Shown here piece after piece: positions 9,410 to 20,071 of a stretch of 55,121 bases of DNA. How positions within the stretch are numbered: the first letter of the stretch is position 1; each line of letters starts with the position of its first letter. The notes beneath the pieces are model-generated. The model was not told where the DNA came from, did not search any database, and saw nothing but the letters and a program-made list of their open reading frames with translations. The stretch comes from a virus (Duplodnaviria > Caudoviricetes): positions 1 through 55,121 of IMG/VR virus record IMGVR_UViG_3300025305_000023. One strand, written 5' to 3'. A program made the position numbers and the translations under genes.

Positions 9410-11770
9410 TCATGTGTTTGGCATATTTTCATCTAAATCTGCATCTGCAACGTAATGAACGGAAACGTTATCAAACAGAACTGTTCCAGCAGGAACGAAT
9501 AGGTATATACCATTTTTAGTTCTATATTCGGCTGTTATTGAAGTTGCTGCTGCTGAGATGACTCTCGTTTTGCTTTCATACCCTCTAGTACCAGAGGATT
9601 TTTTCAAATCTCTACCTGATGTTCTATTGAGTGCATCGCCAGTTGTACCAGTTTTTGGTGAATATAAAGTAACTGTAGGATCACCTCTCATTACGACTGG
9701 GAACTTGTAATAGTAATCTTTACTTGGAGTAATAAGAAAATCAACAACAGTATCGTTGGGGGTATTAGAATCTAACATGGTTTGTGTGTGAGTAGATTGA
9801 TCTACACCATAACTTCTCTGATAGAACCGACTACACAAATTCAACTCATCATTTACGTTTGATTTTGGATTAGTGGTTGCAATTAGTCCTCTTTCTAGTT
9901 TAACTTTTGCCAAATCTAGTGTTGTGTTTAATCTTGCTGTACTAAACCCGAAACCAACATAATCCTTATTACCACTAGGCGTTGTTGTAATATTAGGTAC
10001 AAGGAATGCAATTTCATATTTACTCCACAATGTTCCTAACTGGACTGACGCAGGGTAGGATGTAAAGGTATTTGTGCCATCATATTGATTGATCACCAAA
10101 TCCATGGTAGCACCTGTAACACCAGACTTAGCCCAGAATGACATTGTTGCGTTTTCATTACGCAATGTTCTTACATCTTCTACTCGGTTTTCAATGTAAA
10201 CACAATCGCCCGCTATTCCACCTTGAGGATGGACATTGTTTTGTAGGGTAACGTAATATACTGGTTCGTTGGACACATCAGTCTGGTTGACAGTAAACGT
10301 ATTTCTTGCAACAGTATAGGTTCCTGCCGTACCACCACCACCGGAAACACCATCCATTCGGACCCAACGGTCAGCGAAGTATGTTGTTCCGGTTGAACCG
10401 CGAACCCCTGCACCCCTTTGCCAAATATCAAAATTCCCATTAATGAGAATGTTGTCATTCATTGCATGACCATATGTAGTGCCACCACTTGAGGTAGAAC
10501 GGAATGCCCAATTTCTGCCGCCATCTCCCCCCCGTGTGGCTGCTGCCGCTTGTCCACCACCACCACTATTATGGTTTTGATTAAATATGAAACCTCGTCT
10601 ATCTTCACCGCTAGGCCATGCAACTGCAAATGGTTTTACTTGTCCGCCTCCTCCGCCGGGATTTGTTGATGTTAGTTTACTGTCGTGTCCAACATATAGC
10701 AAACCACTACCACCATCACTTGTTGGAATATCATCAATATATCCTGTACCAACAATTTGAATATAAGTTTGTGCATCTAACACAAAAGGACTTGTAATAC
10801 ATATACCAACGGCAATTCCAAGATCATCACTAGAAGCATTTAGTTTTTTCCAATCAGCATTGGTTGGTGTCACTGAACTCCCATCATATCCGACGACATC
10901 GCCTCGGACGATATCGGTTCCTGCATCAATACTCACAATAAATCGGTTATTATCAATTCCACCCGTACCACCCGTACCAGAACCCTGTAAATATTGACCC
11001 CTATAATGTAGCACATATCCAACATCAGAAGTGACACCAAGCATTACTGGCTTATTAACTTGCCCGCTAACCACGGGTTCAACTCTAGTGATTCCTCCAC
11101 TATTACCGGGACTTAGAAAATAAACAGAACCGGCACTCAATCCACCATAAAAATCTGTTGCTCCGGTGAAATCACCCTTAACTTTACCGTGAGTAGTGAC
11201 TGTGATATAAGTGTTTGCTGAATTATATGGTCCTTGTGGTGTACCGCCACTATGCGGCCAAGTAATACCAGAAATAACACCAAAAACTTCTGCATAATTT
11301 TTATTGTCTGCTCTGGAAAGAAAATATTCAGGACCACCGGAACATCCATCAACTTCTCCAGCAACCCTTACTACCCTACCAAAAGTAAAACCTTTGGTTG
11401 CCGTGTAACCACCAAGAGGATATACTTTTGATTTAATTGAAGTAAGTTCTGCTTTAGATAAATCATAATTTAAAGTACCGTCAATGCTAACATCTCCTGA
11501 AAACGTAATTCCCTTTGGAATCACATCTGCAAGAGAGCATCTGAACACACCAGCACTTAAATCAGATCCTGATGTTATTCCTCCTAACGGATCGTTTGAA
11601 GCAGTAGTACCCAATGTAAATACGATACCATCGCCGGATGCACCAGTATAGATTGACATCCGATTGAGTTTTTCAACAACAAGAGCATTATAATGACTCA
11701 CCCAATCTGCAAAAGTAGTAGATTGAGTTAAGTTCCATATTTGGTATAGATTGTCTTCTGTGAATCCCAT
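9410..11770 (-). CDS. Tail fibre protein with C-terminal carbohydrate-binding-like domain
   Basis: 'NILINGNFDIWQRG...YFADRW...ELNLCSRFYQRS' motif set typical of phage fibre C-termini; TATAAATA late promoter upstream. Confidence 0.75.
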   Translation of the reverse strand: MGFTEDNLYQIWNLTQSTTFADWVSHYNALVVEKLNRMSIYTGASGDGIVFTLGTTASNDPLGGITSGSDLSAGVFRCSLADVIPKGITFSGDVSIDGTLNYDLSKAELTSIKSKVYPLGGYTATKGFTFGRVVRVAGEVDGCSGGPEYFLSRADNKNYAEVFGVISGITWPHSGGTPQGPYNSANTYITVTTHGKVKGDFTGATDFYGGLSAGSVYFLSPGNSGGITRVEPVVSGQVNKPVMLGVTSDVGYVLHYRGQYLQGSGTGGTGGIDNNRFIVSIDAGTDIVRGDVVGYDGSSVTPTNADWKKLNASSDDLGIAVGICITSPFVLDAQTYIQIVGTGYIDDIPTSDGGSGLLYVGHDSKLTSTNPGGGGGQVKPFAVAWPSGEDRRGFIFNQNHNSGGGGQAAAATRGGDGGRNWAFRSTSSGGTTYGHAMNDNILINGNFDIWQRGAGVRGSTGTTYFADRWVRMDGVSGGGGTAGTYTVARNTFTVNQTDVSNEPVYYVTLQNNVHPQGGIAGDCVYIENRVEDVRTLRNENATMSFWAKSGVTGATMDLVINQYDGTNTFTSYPASVQLGTLWSKYEIAFLVPNITTTPSGNKDYVGFGFSTARLNTTLDLAKVKLERGLIATTNPKSNVNDELNLCSRFYQRSYGVDQSTHTQTMLDSNTPNDTVVDFLITPSKDYYYKFPVVMRGDPTVTLYSPKTGTTGDALNRTSGRDLKKSSGTRGYESKTRVISAAATSITAEYRTKNGIYLFVPAGTVLFDNVSVHYVADADLDENMPNT

Positions 11771-11794
11771 TATTTGATCTCTTCTATTATGTTA

Positions 11795-11802
11795 TATTTA
11801 TA
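11795..11802 (-). promoter_or_regulatory. T4-type late promoter TATAAATA
   Basis: Exact T4 late consensus about 25 nt upstream of the fibre gene start. Confidence 0.6.
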
Positions 11803-11804
11803 CA

Positions 11805-12830
11805 TCATCTTTGACCTATTAATATATTATTCATATAACGGACAGTACCTTCTGCCGGATTTACTTTACATACTAAACTTAGTCTTTGTCTTTGTCCTAG
11901 TTGTGTGTCTGACCAAACCCCTGCACTGTTGGGAGATGCTTCACCAACAGTCATGAAACTAATACCATAACGACTGGCACCACATGCAATTGAGTTCGGA
12001 AACCCTGCTGAATTATCTGCTAAATCTGTATCGTCATTACATGGCGGTGATTCTCCTTCAGCACATGGTTCACACCCATAATAATCGCTGCTAAGTTTAA
12101 ACCCAACGACCTTTTCAATATTTCCTCCAATGGGATCTGTTACTACATTAATTGTAAATGCTGGAAGATTTGGGTTAGAACTGGTCAAATATACCCAATG
12201 TTTCATGCCGCTAATGTCTTTCAATTGAGAGCCGCCCGGGAGAATCTCCGTATCATCTGTTAATTCTACTAGCCACCAGCCGGACCAAAAACTTAATTGA
12301 ACAAATCCGCCCCCAGTAGTACTAAATTGTGCAGTAACAGGTGCTTGTCCTGCACCATCACCCGGAATGTATGGTGTGTGATATGGGTGGAGGGGACATG
12401 AACCTTTCCACCCAGGACCACTTATTGCATAATTAGAGTCTCCTAATACTCCATTTGGTGATACTCCCCCAACACCTATCCCATTTTCTGGAACATCAGA
12501 CGGAACTGATTCGCTTCCCTCTCCCCCAGAATTGTTTCTATCATATGATCCCCAATGTTTTCCTGTACCAGAAGTAATCCAATTATGCATCATTGCAATG
12601 GAAAGGGTGAGTTGCATTTGAAAATGCTCTTGCATTTCATTGAGTTCAGAAGCCTGTAAAGGAAATCCTGGTCGGAATGCAATAAATTGATAATTTTTAG
12701 GAACAAGATCAATTTCATCATCACCAAAAACCAATTCTTGTCCTTCTACTCTACTATTGTATGGAGCCACGGAGAGAGGAAACGATGGATTACCTCCTCC
12801 ATAAAATGGTTGTATATTATAATGTGCCAT
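11805..12830 (-). CDS. Baseplate/virion protein with VrlC/DUF4815-like N-terminal motif
   Basis: 'FIAFRPGFPLQASELNEMQ' resembles the DUF4815 signature; lies right after the gp8-like gene. Confidence 0.6.
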   Translation of the reverse strand: MAHYNIQPFYGGGNPSFPLSVAPYNSRVEGQELVFGDDEIDLVPKNYQFIAFRPGFPLQASELNEMQEHFQMQLTLSIAMMHNWITSGTGKHWGSYDRNNSGGEGSESVPSDVPENGIGVGGVSPNGVLGDSNYAISGPGWKGSCPLHPYHTPYIPGDGAGQAPVTAQFSTTGGGFVQLSFWSGWWLVELTDDTEILPGGSQLKDISGMKHWVYLTSSNPNLPAFTINVVTDPIGGNIEKVVGFKLSSDYYGCEPCAEGESPPCNDDTDLADNSAGFPNSIACGASRYGISFMTVGEASPNSAGVWSDTQLGQRQRLSLVCKVNPAEGTVRYMNNILIGQR

Positions 12831-12852
12831 ATTGTTTTTCCTTTACCGATTA

Positions 12853-14778
12853 CTAACCACCCAAGAAGAATCTGAAACTCCATGAAGAAACATAGTTTGG
12901 ATCGTTTGCTTTGCTTATATTTATATTTGTTTTGTCAAGATGTAGAATATTAGTTTTTGCTTTATTAATTTTATCTCCACTATAAGAAGTTGGTATAGAA
13001 ACAGAATCAATCACCCATGTAATATCATCTATATTAAATTCATTCCCCACTATAAAATTCTCTGGGGAATTAGACGCTATTTCCATTACCACTATCGTTG
13101 AAGAACCAGGTTTATTTTTTGATGCTAATACTCTCACACTATTAATTGTTGTTTTGTTAGTTTGTGAATCTCCTGCCCCACCAGCATACGGATTAGTCTG
13201 CGAAAGCATCAAAGAATCTTTATCCGGTAGTGTCTCCATGGACAAACCTAAATACTCTTTTTTATGAGCCTCGATGACAATGCATGTAATAAAATTATGT
13301 ATTTGACTTGGACCCAATCCAGACAAGGCATTAATATCGTTTTCATCCTTAAAGGCTTGTATACTTACCATATTAAATACAGTTTGAATTGTTCCAGTGT
13401 TTTCGATATCACTATTTTTTATGTCAACAGACAACAAAGTACCCATACCAAATATCGAATCTAGGTTTGCTGGAAATCCACCACTCGGAATTAATTCAAT
13501 ACTCAACCTGTTTGCAGGAACGTTAGGGAACATATCTTCCCATACGGCCGTATTAATCTTAATGTTACGAAGTTTATCACCGTGATCAACCGCATGTGCA
13601 ATACCGTTAATATATTGATTACCCTTACTATCTTTATATGTTAATACTCTTATTAACGGTTCTCTTCCAGAAGACGAAAAATCTGCACTAAAGGGAACAT
13701 ATAAATCTCTATTTTTCCATCCAGAAGAAAGTTTTTTATCATTCAACGACACACCACTGAGATTAATAGAAACACGCGATATTGATCCATTACCATATTT
13801 TTCCCTACCAATATTTTCATAATTAGCATTTTTCCATTCCGACAATTCCGATGATATGTTTGGATCCTTAATTATATTTTTGTAATAACTATCATCACTC
13901 CAACTTATACTACACGGACATGGACCACATTCGGATGGGAAATTAACAGAATCGCATACCGAACAACGACCTCCAGTTCCACCAGTTACACCAGTACCCC
14001 CCCTCCAATTATTGAATATATGTCTCATACCTAAAGATTGTGCAATTTCAGAACATTGGTAACATTTACTCTCTATACATTTATAGAAACCGCCAGCAGA
14101 GAACGTTAACCCAGCAATAGGATCGTATCCACCCTCTGAGTAATAAAGACAACATGTTCCACACCGTTGTTCATTTCCAGCACCACATATTCTAGTTGCA
14201 TTGGAAGCATTACTGGTATAATATTCTTCTTTTTCTTTAATGTTGTCCTTTACATTATAATATGGAATGTAATGAGTTTTATAATTTGTTATCCAATTAT
14301 CTTCTGTTTTGTGAACTGCACAATATAATATTTTCCCATCAGATGTCTTCGCAATATTACCAGAAATATCAATCAAATTTTCTACAATAACGACAGGATC
14401 TGATTCATACTGGAGGTCATTGTTTTCACTTATAGAAAGTATAAGAAATACATAATTGCCATATTGGCCCGTTCCATAAAACAATGACCAATTATTTTCA
14501 TCTGGCTTGCCTGGTATGTTAGAACTAAAAGTCCCTACTTTCTTTGTCAATCCAATTTTCCATATTGCTGGCTGTACCTCCTTCGGCACTCTAATTGCTT
14601 CTGTTATCTGTTTAGGGTTTATTGTAAACGCAACAGATGATGATGTTATTATATCTTCTTGATTGTTTAACGAACGATTGATCGTTTCGTTACTATTTCC
14701 TAAAACGAATGCCAGTTTCTCTGATCGTAAATATTTCTTTATAGCATTAGATATGATTTTTTTATTAATGTCAGCCAT
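12853..14778 (-). CDS. Baseplate wedge subunit, gp8-like, with Cys-rich insertion
   Basis: Synteny gp6-gp7-gp8; 'CGTCCLY...KCYQC...CGPCPC' insertion; sequence divergent. Confidence 0.5.
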   Translation of the reverse strand: MADINKKIISNAIKKYLRSEKLAFVLGNSNETINRSLNNQEDIITSSSVAFTINPKQITEAIRVPKEVQPAIWKIGLTKKVGTFSSNIPGKPDENNWSLFYGTGQYGNYVFLILSISENNDLQYESDPVVIVENLIDISGNIAKTSDGKILYCAVHKTEDNWITNYKTHYIPYYNVKDNIKEKEEYYTSNASNATRICGAGNEQRCGTCCLYYSEGGYDPIAGLTFSAGGFYKCIESKCYQCSEIAQSLGMRHIFNNWRGGTGVTGGTGGRCSVCDSVNFPSECGPCPCSISWSDDSYYKNIIKDPNISSELSEWKNANYENIGREKYGNGSISRVSINLSGVSLNDKKLSSGWKNRDLYVPFSADFSSSGREPLIRVLTYKDSKGNQYINGIAHAVDHGDKLRNIKINTAVWEDMFPNVPANRLSIELIPSGGFPANLDSIFGMGTLLSVDIKNSDIENTGTIQTVFNMVSIQAFKDENDINALSGLGPSQIHNFITCIVIEAHKKEYLGLSMETLPDKDSLMLSQTNPYAGGAGDSQTNKTTINSVRVLASKNKPGSSTIVVMEIASNSPENFIVGNEFNIDDITWVIDSVSIPTSYSGDKINKAKTNILHLDKTNINISKANDPNYVSSWSFRFFLGG

Positions 14779-14801
14779 TTAAATGTTACCTTATTACCTT
14801 T

Positions 14802-16103
14802 CTACCAACATGCTCCACCGTCTGCATCTTCAGACGCGGTACAACCAGTCACTCCTAAATTCGGACTATTATCATTTGGACACAGATATAGGAATGTACT
14901 AATATATATGTTTCCAAATGTATTCTGTTCTAAATCTCCCGTTATACCATCCGCCCAATTTGGATATGCATATGTTGGTAAATGATAATCCAATGTAATG
15001 CCATAATTTCCTACAGCATTCCACGCATTACCATACGTCCAACCATGAGTACCACCCAAATTGGCTTCTGCTACTAAATTTCGCATTGCGGTTGGTCCAT
15101 CATAATGATATTGTGAACTGCCTGTTGCACCAGAACAACCAACACAATGAGCAAGAGAACTATTATCATTCAATCTATACGGAAAATAATTACCAAGTAC
15201 TGGAGATTCACATACATTAAAACCTCCATCGTAATCATCTGGGGCAACATAATCTTCTTGTGTCTTTTCTAAGAATGCTTTCATACCAGCAGGATGCAGA
15301 AGGGTTTTAAGAGATTCGGTATAAATTGGTTGTCCCGAATCTTCATCTTCCAAGGAAACCCCAGTAGATAAAACATACGAATATTCTTGATACCAATCAC
15401 TATCTTGTATTTTGAATGGACCGTTGAGATAACTTCCACCTAAATGTCGTAATGATCTTTTAGCATCAAAATATTCTCCAGTAATGCCATCTGGATTAAG
15501 AAACGGAAATCCAAAAAATCTACCACCGTTTAATCTTAACATATGTACTTTAGGATAGTACATATTAACTTCTACATCTATCGGATTACCTTGATCGTCA
15601 CTTTGATCCCCGTACAACATTTCAAAAAAGTATCGGTATGATTCCTCTGTGCCTTTCTTTTGATAGAAAAAAGTACGAATACCAGTTATAAAATTACGAA
15701 TACCCGAATCAACAGATAACATCTTCTCATCAACAAACCATTTTGGAAACCCAGTTGAATATGTGTTTACAAAATGTTTTAGGAGTTGAACTGGAGTTTC
15801 AGCAATATCAACTAATCTTTGAAATCCGTTTGAATGAAAATCAGTTGCAGATAATTCATAACCACTCTTGCTATATAACCAATTATAATATTCTTGTGTG
15901 AATTTTATCAAATGATTAGATGGTGAACTGCTATTACTTCTTTCTCGTATCCACAAAGGAAACAAATGCTCTATATCAATGACGTTCTCAACTACTAAAT
16001 CGAGTGCCGGTACTTCCTGACCCAATAACAACAAACGGTAATGATCTGCCCGACTACCACCGCCTGTATTCTTCGGATTTGAGAATAATGATCCGTAAAA
16101 CAT
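14802..16103 (-). CDS. Baseplate wedge protein, gp7-like
   Basis: 'FTQEYYNWL...FYQKKGTEESYRYFFEMLYG...IQDSDWYQEYSYVL...LLHPAGMKAF' motifs. Confidence 0.75.
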   Translation of the reverse strand: MFYGSLFSNPKNTGGGSRADHYRLLLLGQEVPALDLVVENVIDIEHLFPLWIRERSNSSSPSNHLIKFTQEYYNWLYSKSGYELSATDFHSNGFQRLVDIAETPVQLLKHFVNTYSTGFPKWFVDEKMLSVDSGIRNFITGIRTFFYQKKGTEESYRYFFEMLYGDQSDDQGNPIDVEVNMYYPKVHMLRLNGGRFFGFPFLNPDGITGEYFDAKRSLRHLGGSYLNGPFKIQDSDWYQEYSYVLSTGVSLEDEDSGQPIYTESLKTLLHPAGMKAFLEKTQEDYVAPDDYDGGFNVCESPVLGNYFPYRLNDNSSLAHCVGCSGATGSSQYHYDGPTAMRNLVAEANLGGTHGWTYGNAWNAVGNYGITLDYHLPTYAYPNWADGITGDLEQNTFGNIYISTFLYLCPNDNSPNLGVTGCTASEDADGGACW

Positions 16104-17881
16104 TATCCTAAGTTTCTTTTTACAATTTCAAGATTGGTTCTTGTGATAGCATACATTTCTTCTTTATTAATAAAAGTATTAGTACCCGTACTTGTTATGT
16201 CTACACTCAAACTAAAATCTTCCGCAGCAATCATCGGTTTTATGAACACAACATCGCCAGTGTTTGGAATAAAATGACCGACCGAGCCTAGACTTATTTC
16301 TATCTCTTCGTCAAAATACGCAGCAATAATGCTTTGCTTACCGTTACTAACATTACCATAAGATTTTAGATATATCTTTTGGTCATCGTCCAACCCCCCA
16401 AATGCTGATCCTGGCATAAACTCTGTTGTAATTAAACTTCCTGATTCACATTCGTTTCTAAATTTTATTAGGCTTCGCGGTGTTTGGGAAAACACTTGAA
16501 CGTTATTGGACACTTTAAACTTAATATCATTTGAACCAACATAAAATGCAGCATTTAGAGAATTGATGTTATTAGAAATAACACCACTATCATAGGTTTG
16601 CCGAAAACCATTCGGATTATTATCAAAAATGTTTTTCACTACCATTGATAACAGAGTATTTTCATCTAGTGATGTTTCTAACGGTTCATAATATATTTTC
16701 CCATAAACCTCAACATAAAACCTATCAACGTCCATAAATTCCGGTAACACAGTCACACACGTTTTTTGCTCTAATATATCAATTGCTTTTGTTGCAGCAA
16801 CCGGATTTTCTTCCGTAGTGTCTCCCAAAGAAACAAACAACCTACCATATCTTGGTGGATTCATTTCTTCACCGCCCCATACATTAAAATTGGAATATGG
16901 GTTACTAGAATCGCTAACAAAACCTTTCGCAGCGAGCAATGCTCTGCAATCTTCTACCGTCACTGCTCTGTCTTGTGCGGCAAACCACTTTGGGGCAAAA
17001 AATCTAATAGATTCTAAATCTGGTCCATTAGATCCCCCAGAAGATAATGAAACAGTTTCAGTCGTTGCAGAAAAACCATTCACGCTGAAATTTCCAAGTT
17101 GATTTCCTCTTTCTCCTTCACTTTTTAAATAACTCAACCTTACCAAATCATTTGATTTTAAACTTCTACCAACTTGAACATATGCACTATTTTCTAAGTT
17201 TCCACCAAATATAACAAAGAAACCCATATCACTTCTTTCTAACCAATATACTTGACTCGTATCATCCAATCCTTGTTCAATGTTGCCTGCCCTTGCCCAC
17301 TCTACCCATGTACCATCTCCATTATAATCTAAAACTTCTAATCTTATAGTACTAATATCAACATCCAATCCTAAAATAAATCCCTTTTGTGTTGCTGAAT
17401 CTATTAATATGGGTTGTTCTTTTGTTAGAGATTTCCCCTGCACAATTGAAATCACAGCCTCCCCGTTAAGATCTAATCCATATTCTTCAATTGTATAAAA
17501 ATTATAAGAAATACCACTGCTGCTTGTCCCACTAAACCTAGTATAGCGAGGCACTGTTCCATTTGTACCACCCTGACGAATTTTTACTAATGCTCTGGCA
17601 GACTTTGCACCGGGCACAAGATAACCTAATGGTTTAACAAGAGAAATCAAAGAAGATTCTTTTTGAGCAGTATCTAAAAACATTTCACTTGCTAACATAT
17701 TAGAATAGAACCCATAATATGAAGTATTATATGCCAAAACATCAAGAAGAACTTGCATTGCAGATCCTTCATAATCATAATCTTTCAGAGTGTTTTGTTT
17801 TTTTAAATGATCAATGATGCTATTTTTAATACCATCAAAGTCTAAAGATCCAAGTTGAATGTCTACGTTACTTTTTGCCAT
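16103..17881 (-). CDS. gp6: Baseplate wedge protein gp6
   Basis: 'LDFDGIKNSI...DYDYEGS...LDVLAYNT...EMFLDTA...AQDRAVTVED...VWGGE' conserved gp6 motifs. Confidence 0.92.
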   Translation of the reverse strand: MAKSNVDIQLGSLDFDGIKNSIIDHLKKQNTLKDYDYEGSAMQVLLDVLAYNTSYYGFYSNMLASEMFLDTAQKESSLISLVKPLGYLVPGAKSARALVKIRQGGTNGTVPRYTRFSGTSSSGISYNFYTIEEYGLDLNGEAVISIVQGKSLTKEQPILIDSATQKGFILGLDVDISTIRLEVLDYNGDGTWVEWARAGNIEQGLDDTSQVYWLERSDMGFFVIFGGNLENSAYVQVGRSLKSNDLVRLSYLKSEGERGNQLGNFSVNGFSATTETVSLSSGGSNGPDLESIRFFAPKWFAAQDRAVTVEDCRALLAAKGFVSDSSNPYSNFNVWGGEEMNPPRYGRLFVSLGDTTEENPVAATKAIDILEQKTCVTVLPEFMDVDRFYVEVYGKIYYEPLETSLDENTLLSMVVKNIFDNNPNGFRQTYDSGVISNNINSLNAAFYVGSNDIKFKVSNNVQVFSQTPRSLIKFRNECESGSLITTEFMPGSAFGGLDDDQKIYLKSYGNVSNGKQSIIAAYFDEEIEISLGSVGHFIPNTGDVVFIKPMIAAEDFSLSVDITSTGTNTFINKEEMYAITRTNLEIVKRNLG

Positions 17882-17883
17882 TG

Positions 17884-18285
17884 TTATCTAACCTTTGTTA
17901 GTGCTAATTGTATGCTTTCTATTATTGGATTGGATAGTGATCCACCGAGAATAACAAATCTTATTTCTATTGATACCTCATTACTATCAATATTATCTTC
18001 ATCTATAATAATTGATTCTACTTCTGCGCGCGGTTCCCATGCACGCACAGCCCATACTATATCTCTTTCTAAAAAGGAGGCATTCATAGGAGTCCAATTT
18101 TCAAACAAATAATCATGAATGCCTACGCCAAACGAAGGTTTAAATGGTTTTTCACCAGGTCTTGTTAATACAATATTCATAATTGATTGTCTTATGGCGT
18201 GTCGGTCTTTCATCACAGAAACGTCATTAATATATTCATTTCTGTTAAAATTGATATCAAAATCTGAATATTGGTTTACTGGCAT
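17884..18285 (-). CDS. gp25: Baseplate wedge subunit gp25
   Basis: 'AIRQSIMNIVLTRPGEKPFKPSFGVGIHDYLFE...WEPR' GPW/gp25 motif. Confidence 0.92.
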   Translation of the reverse strand: MPVNQYSDFDINFNRNEYINDVSVMKDRHAIRQSIMNIVLTRPGEKPFKPSFGVGIHDYLFENWTPMNASFLERDIVWAVRAWEPRAEVESIIIDEDNIDSNEVSIEIRFVILGGSLSNPIIESIQLALTKVR

Positions 18286-18307
18286 TGAATGTTTTCCTTG
18301 GTTTATA

Positions 18308-18315
18308 TATGTATA
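18308..18315 (-). promoter_or_regulatory. Late-promoter variant TATACATA
   Basis: Upstream of gp25; the same octamer occurs at 44566-44573. Confidence 0.5.
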
Positions 18316-18333
18316 GTAAAATCAAATAAACAA

Positions 18334-19128
18334 TCACCCAAACCCAAACAAAGAACCAAGCAAATTGGATAATGATTCAAATACCCCAAGTTTTTCAGAT
18401 TCATTGGGATCTGTTCCTGTGCTATCTCTACTAAGTATCACATCCATTTTATGACTTGTTGATGTGATCATATGCTCAATATCCGTCACCAACCACCTCC
18501 CAGTAAATCTTTGCATTCTATCGTTTTTATCAGATCCGGGAGTTTTGTTTACAATTGTAATGGGTTTACCAGGGCGCAATGTCAAATCCCCATTCAATAT
18601 AATTCTCATTTTTTGGGAACTCATGAGCGTCATTTGAGCATTTCGCCATAGTGGAGTGGTCTTCGGTGTATTCCAGTATGTTGCATCTGTTTGGTTATAT
18701 TCAACATATTTTTTAAAATCTTCACCAACACAAGGACAGCCGCAACTGGAGGGATGGTCGGGTGAATCCCAAAAACAACCAAGGTAACTTTCCCCCAGTA
18801 CTTCGTGTATCAGATTGCATTCTTTGGTTTCTTTAAATGCTTCGAATAATTCATCATCTGTGGGTTCAGCCCCTGCTACTGAGCCTAATAAATTGTCTGG
18901 TTTTAAATTTAGGCAGGGGCATTCGCAAAGTGGATCATCATCGGGACATTCCGAATTATCAACCATCCCACCTACACAACCGCGATCCTCCACAAATGCA
19001 AACAATGAATGGTTTATTGTTGTTGTAGGAACTATACCTTGTGCCTGGTGCCAGTTCAAATCCCTGGCAGCCTTTGCCATTGTTATAAGGTATTTTGGCG
19101 TCGGTCTTTTGTATTCTCCATTAGCCAT
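18334..19128 (-). CDS. C-terminal half of a gp27-like baseplate hub with Cys-rich N-terminus
   Basis: C-terminal 'ILNGDLTLRPGKPITI...FTGRWLVTDIEHMI...ILSRDS' matches the end of gp27/late-control-D hub proteins. Confidence 0.7.
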   Translation of the reverse strand: MANGEYKRPTPKYLITMAKAARDLNWHQAQGIVPTTTINHSLFAFVEDRGCVGGMVDNSECPDDDPLCECPCLNLKPDNLLGSVAGAEPTDDELFEAFKETKECNLIHEVLGESYLGCFWDSPDHPSSCGCPCVGEDFKKYVEYNQTDATYWNTPKTTPLWRNAQMTLMSSQKMRIILNGDLTLRPGKPITIVNKTPGSDKNDRMQRFTGRWLVTDIEHMITSTSHKMDVILSRDSTGTDPNESEKLGVFESLSNLLGSLFGFG

Positions 19129-19167
19129 AAGTTGCTCCTTTCTATTTTATTTAGGACTAATACTAAT

Positions 19168-20052
19168 TTATCCAGAACCACCACCATCATCATCATCACC
19201 ATCATCATCACCATCATCATCACCTTGTAATAAAGTGTCAATAATTAAGTTCAATGTATCTAGATCACTTGCTGGGAAATAATGCCCGTTAGTCCCTGAT
19301 GACATATACTCTAAAAGTTCTTCACCTGCCGCACCAATATCAAATCCAACAGTATAATATGCACTTTTAATATACCCCGAGGAATCCACCGCATTGCGTA
19401 CCCAGATTTGATCACCTGCCAAACCGTCACTCAAAAACATAACAGCAACTCCTTCAACAACGTCAATATCAGACTGAAAATCACGCCCCGGGTAATTATC
19501 TGTACAATCTTGTTCACTATCTACATTATCGCAAACACAATTAACTACGACATCATCGGGATCGTCACATAGTCCGTTATTTTCCGGGGGCAGCAGGGCA
19601 AAGCAACATGTGCCCTCTTCCAATGGGGGTTCGCAACAGTAGCCCTCTTCCAGTTCTCCCACCACAGAATATTCGTTAAAAATGGCCATGTGTTCCTCCA
19701 TGGATGGCTTGTATCTGGTGCCACCCCCCGCCAACGTGTATCCGCCCAACACAAAAGTAAGTATAGAATCATAGTCATATGTTGGTTCCTGCGATATCAG
19801 GACAGGAGTTCCGTCACTCCATATATCTGCACCAACCATTGGCTTTTCATCTTCGGGCAATTCTCCAAACTTTTCATTCATTCTATTAATAAAATATGCA
19901 ACCCACTCCTGTATGGTGTCCTCTTCGCCCCCCATCGATCCGCTATAGTCTAATGATAGTTGAACAACCGCTGCATTTATAAATTCCCACAAATCTGGTT
20001 CATCCGGTTCCGGTTCTTCTATGGAACAACAACAACTTCTATGCATATTCAT
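19168..20052 (-). CDS. vWA-domain virion protein with internal Cys-rich repeat and acidic tail
   Basis: MIDAS 'LDYSGSM', 'GGT', 'FLSDG', 'YTVGF', 'GTNGHYF'; N-terminal SCCC; C-terminal (GDDD)n. Confidence 0.8.
   Translation of the reverse strand: MNMHRSCCCSIEEPEPDEPDLWEFINAAVVQLSLDYSGSMGGEEDTIQEWVAYFINRMNEKFGELPEDEKPMVGADIWSDGTPVLISQEPTYDYDSILTFVLGGYTLAGGGTRYKPSMEEHMAIFNEYSVVGELEEGYCCEPPLEEGTCCFALLPPENNGLCDDPDDVVVNCVCDNVDSEQDCTDNYPGRDFQSDIDVVEGVAVMFLSDGLAGDQIWVRNAVDSSGYIKSAYYTVGFDIGAAGEELLEYMSSGTNGHYFPASDLDTLNLIIDTLLQGDDDGDDDGDDDDGGGSG
19180..19224. repeat. 12-bp imperfect tandem repeat encoding GDDD units
   Basis: accatcatcatc repeated about 3.5 times. Confidence 0.8.
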
Positions 20053-20071
20053 AACAATTCAACCAACAGTA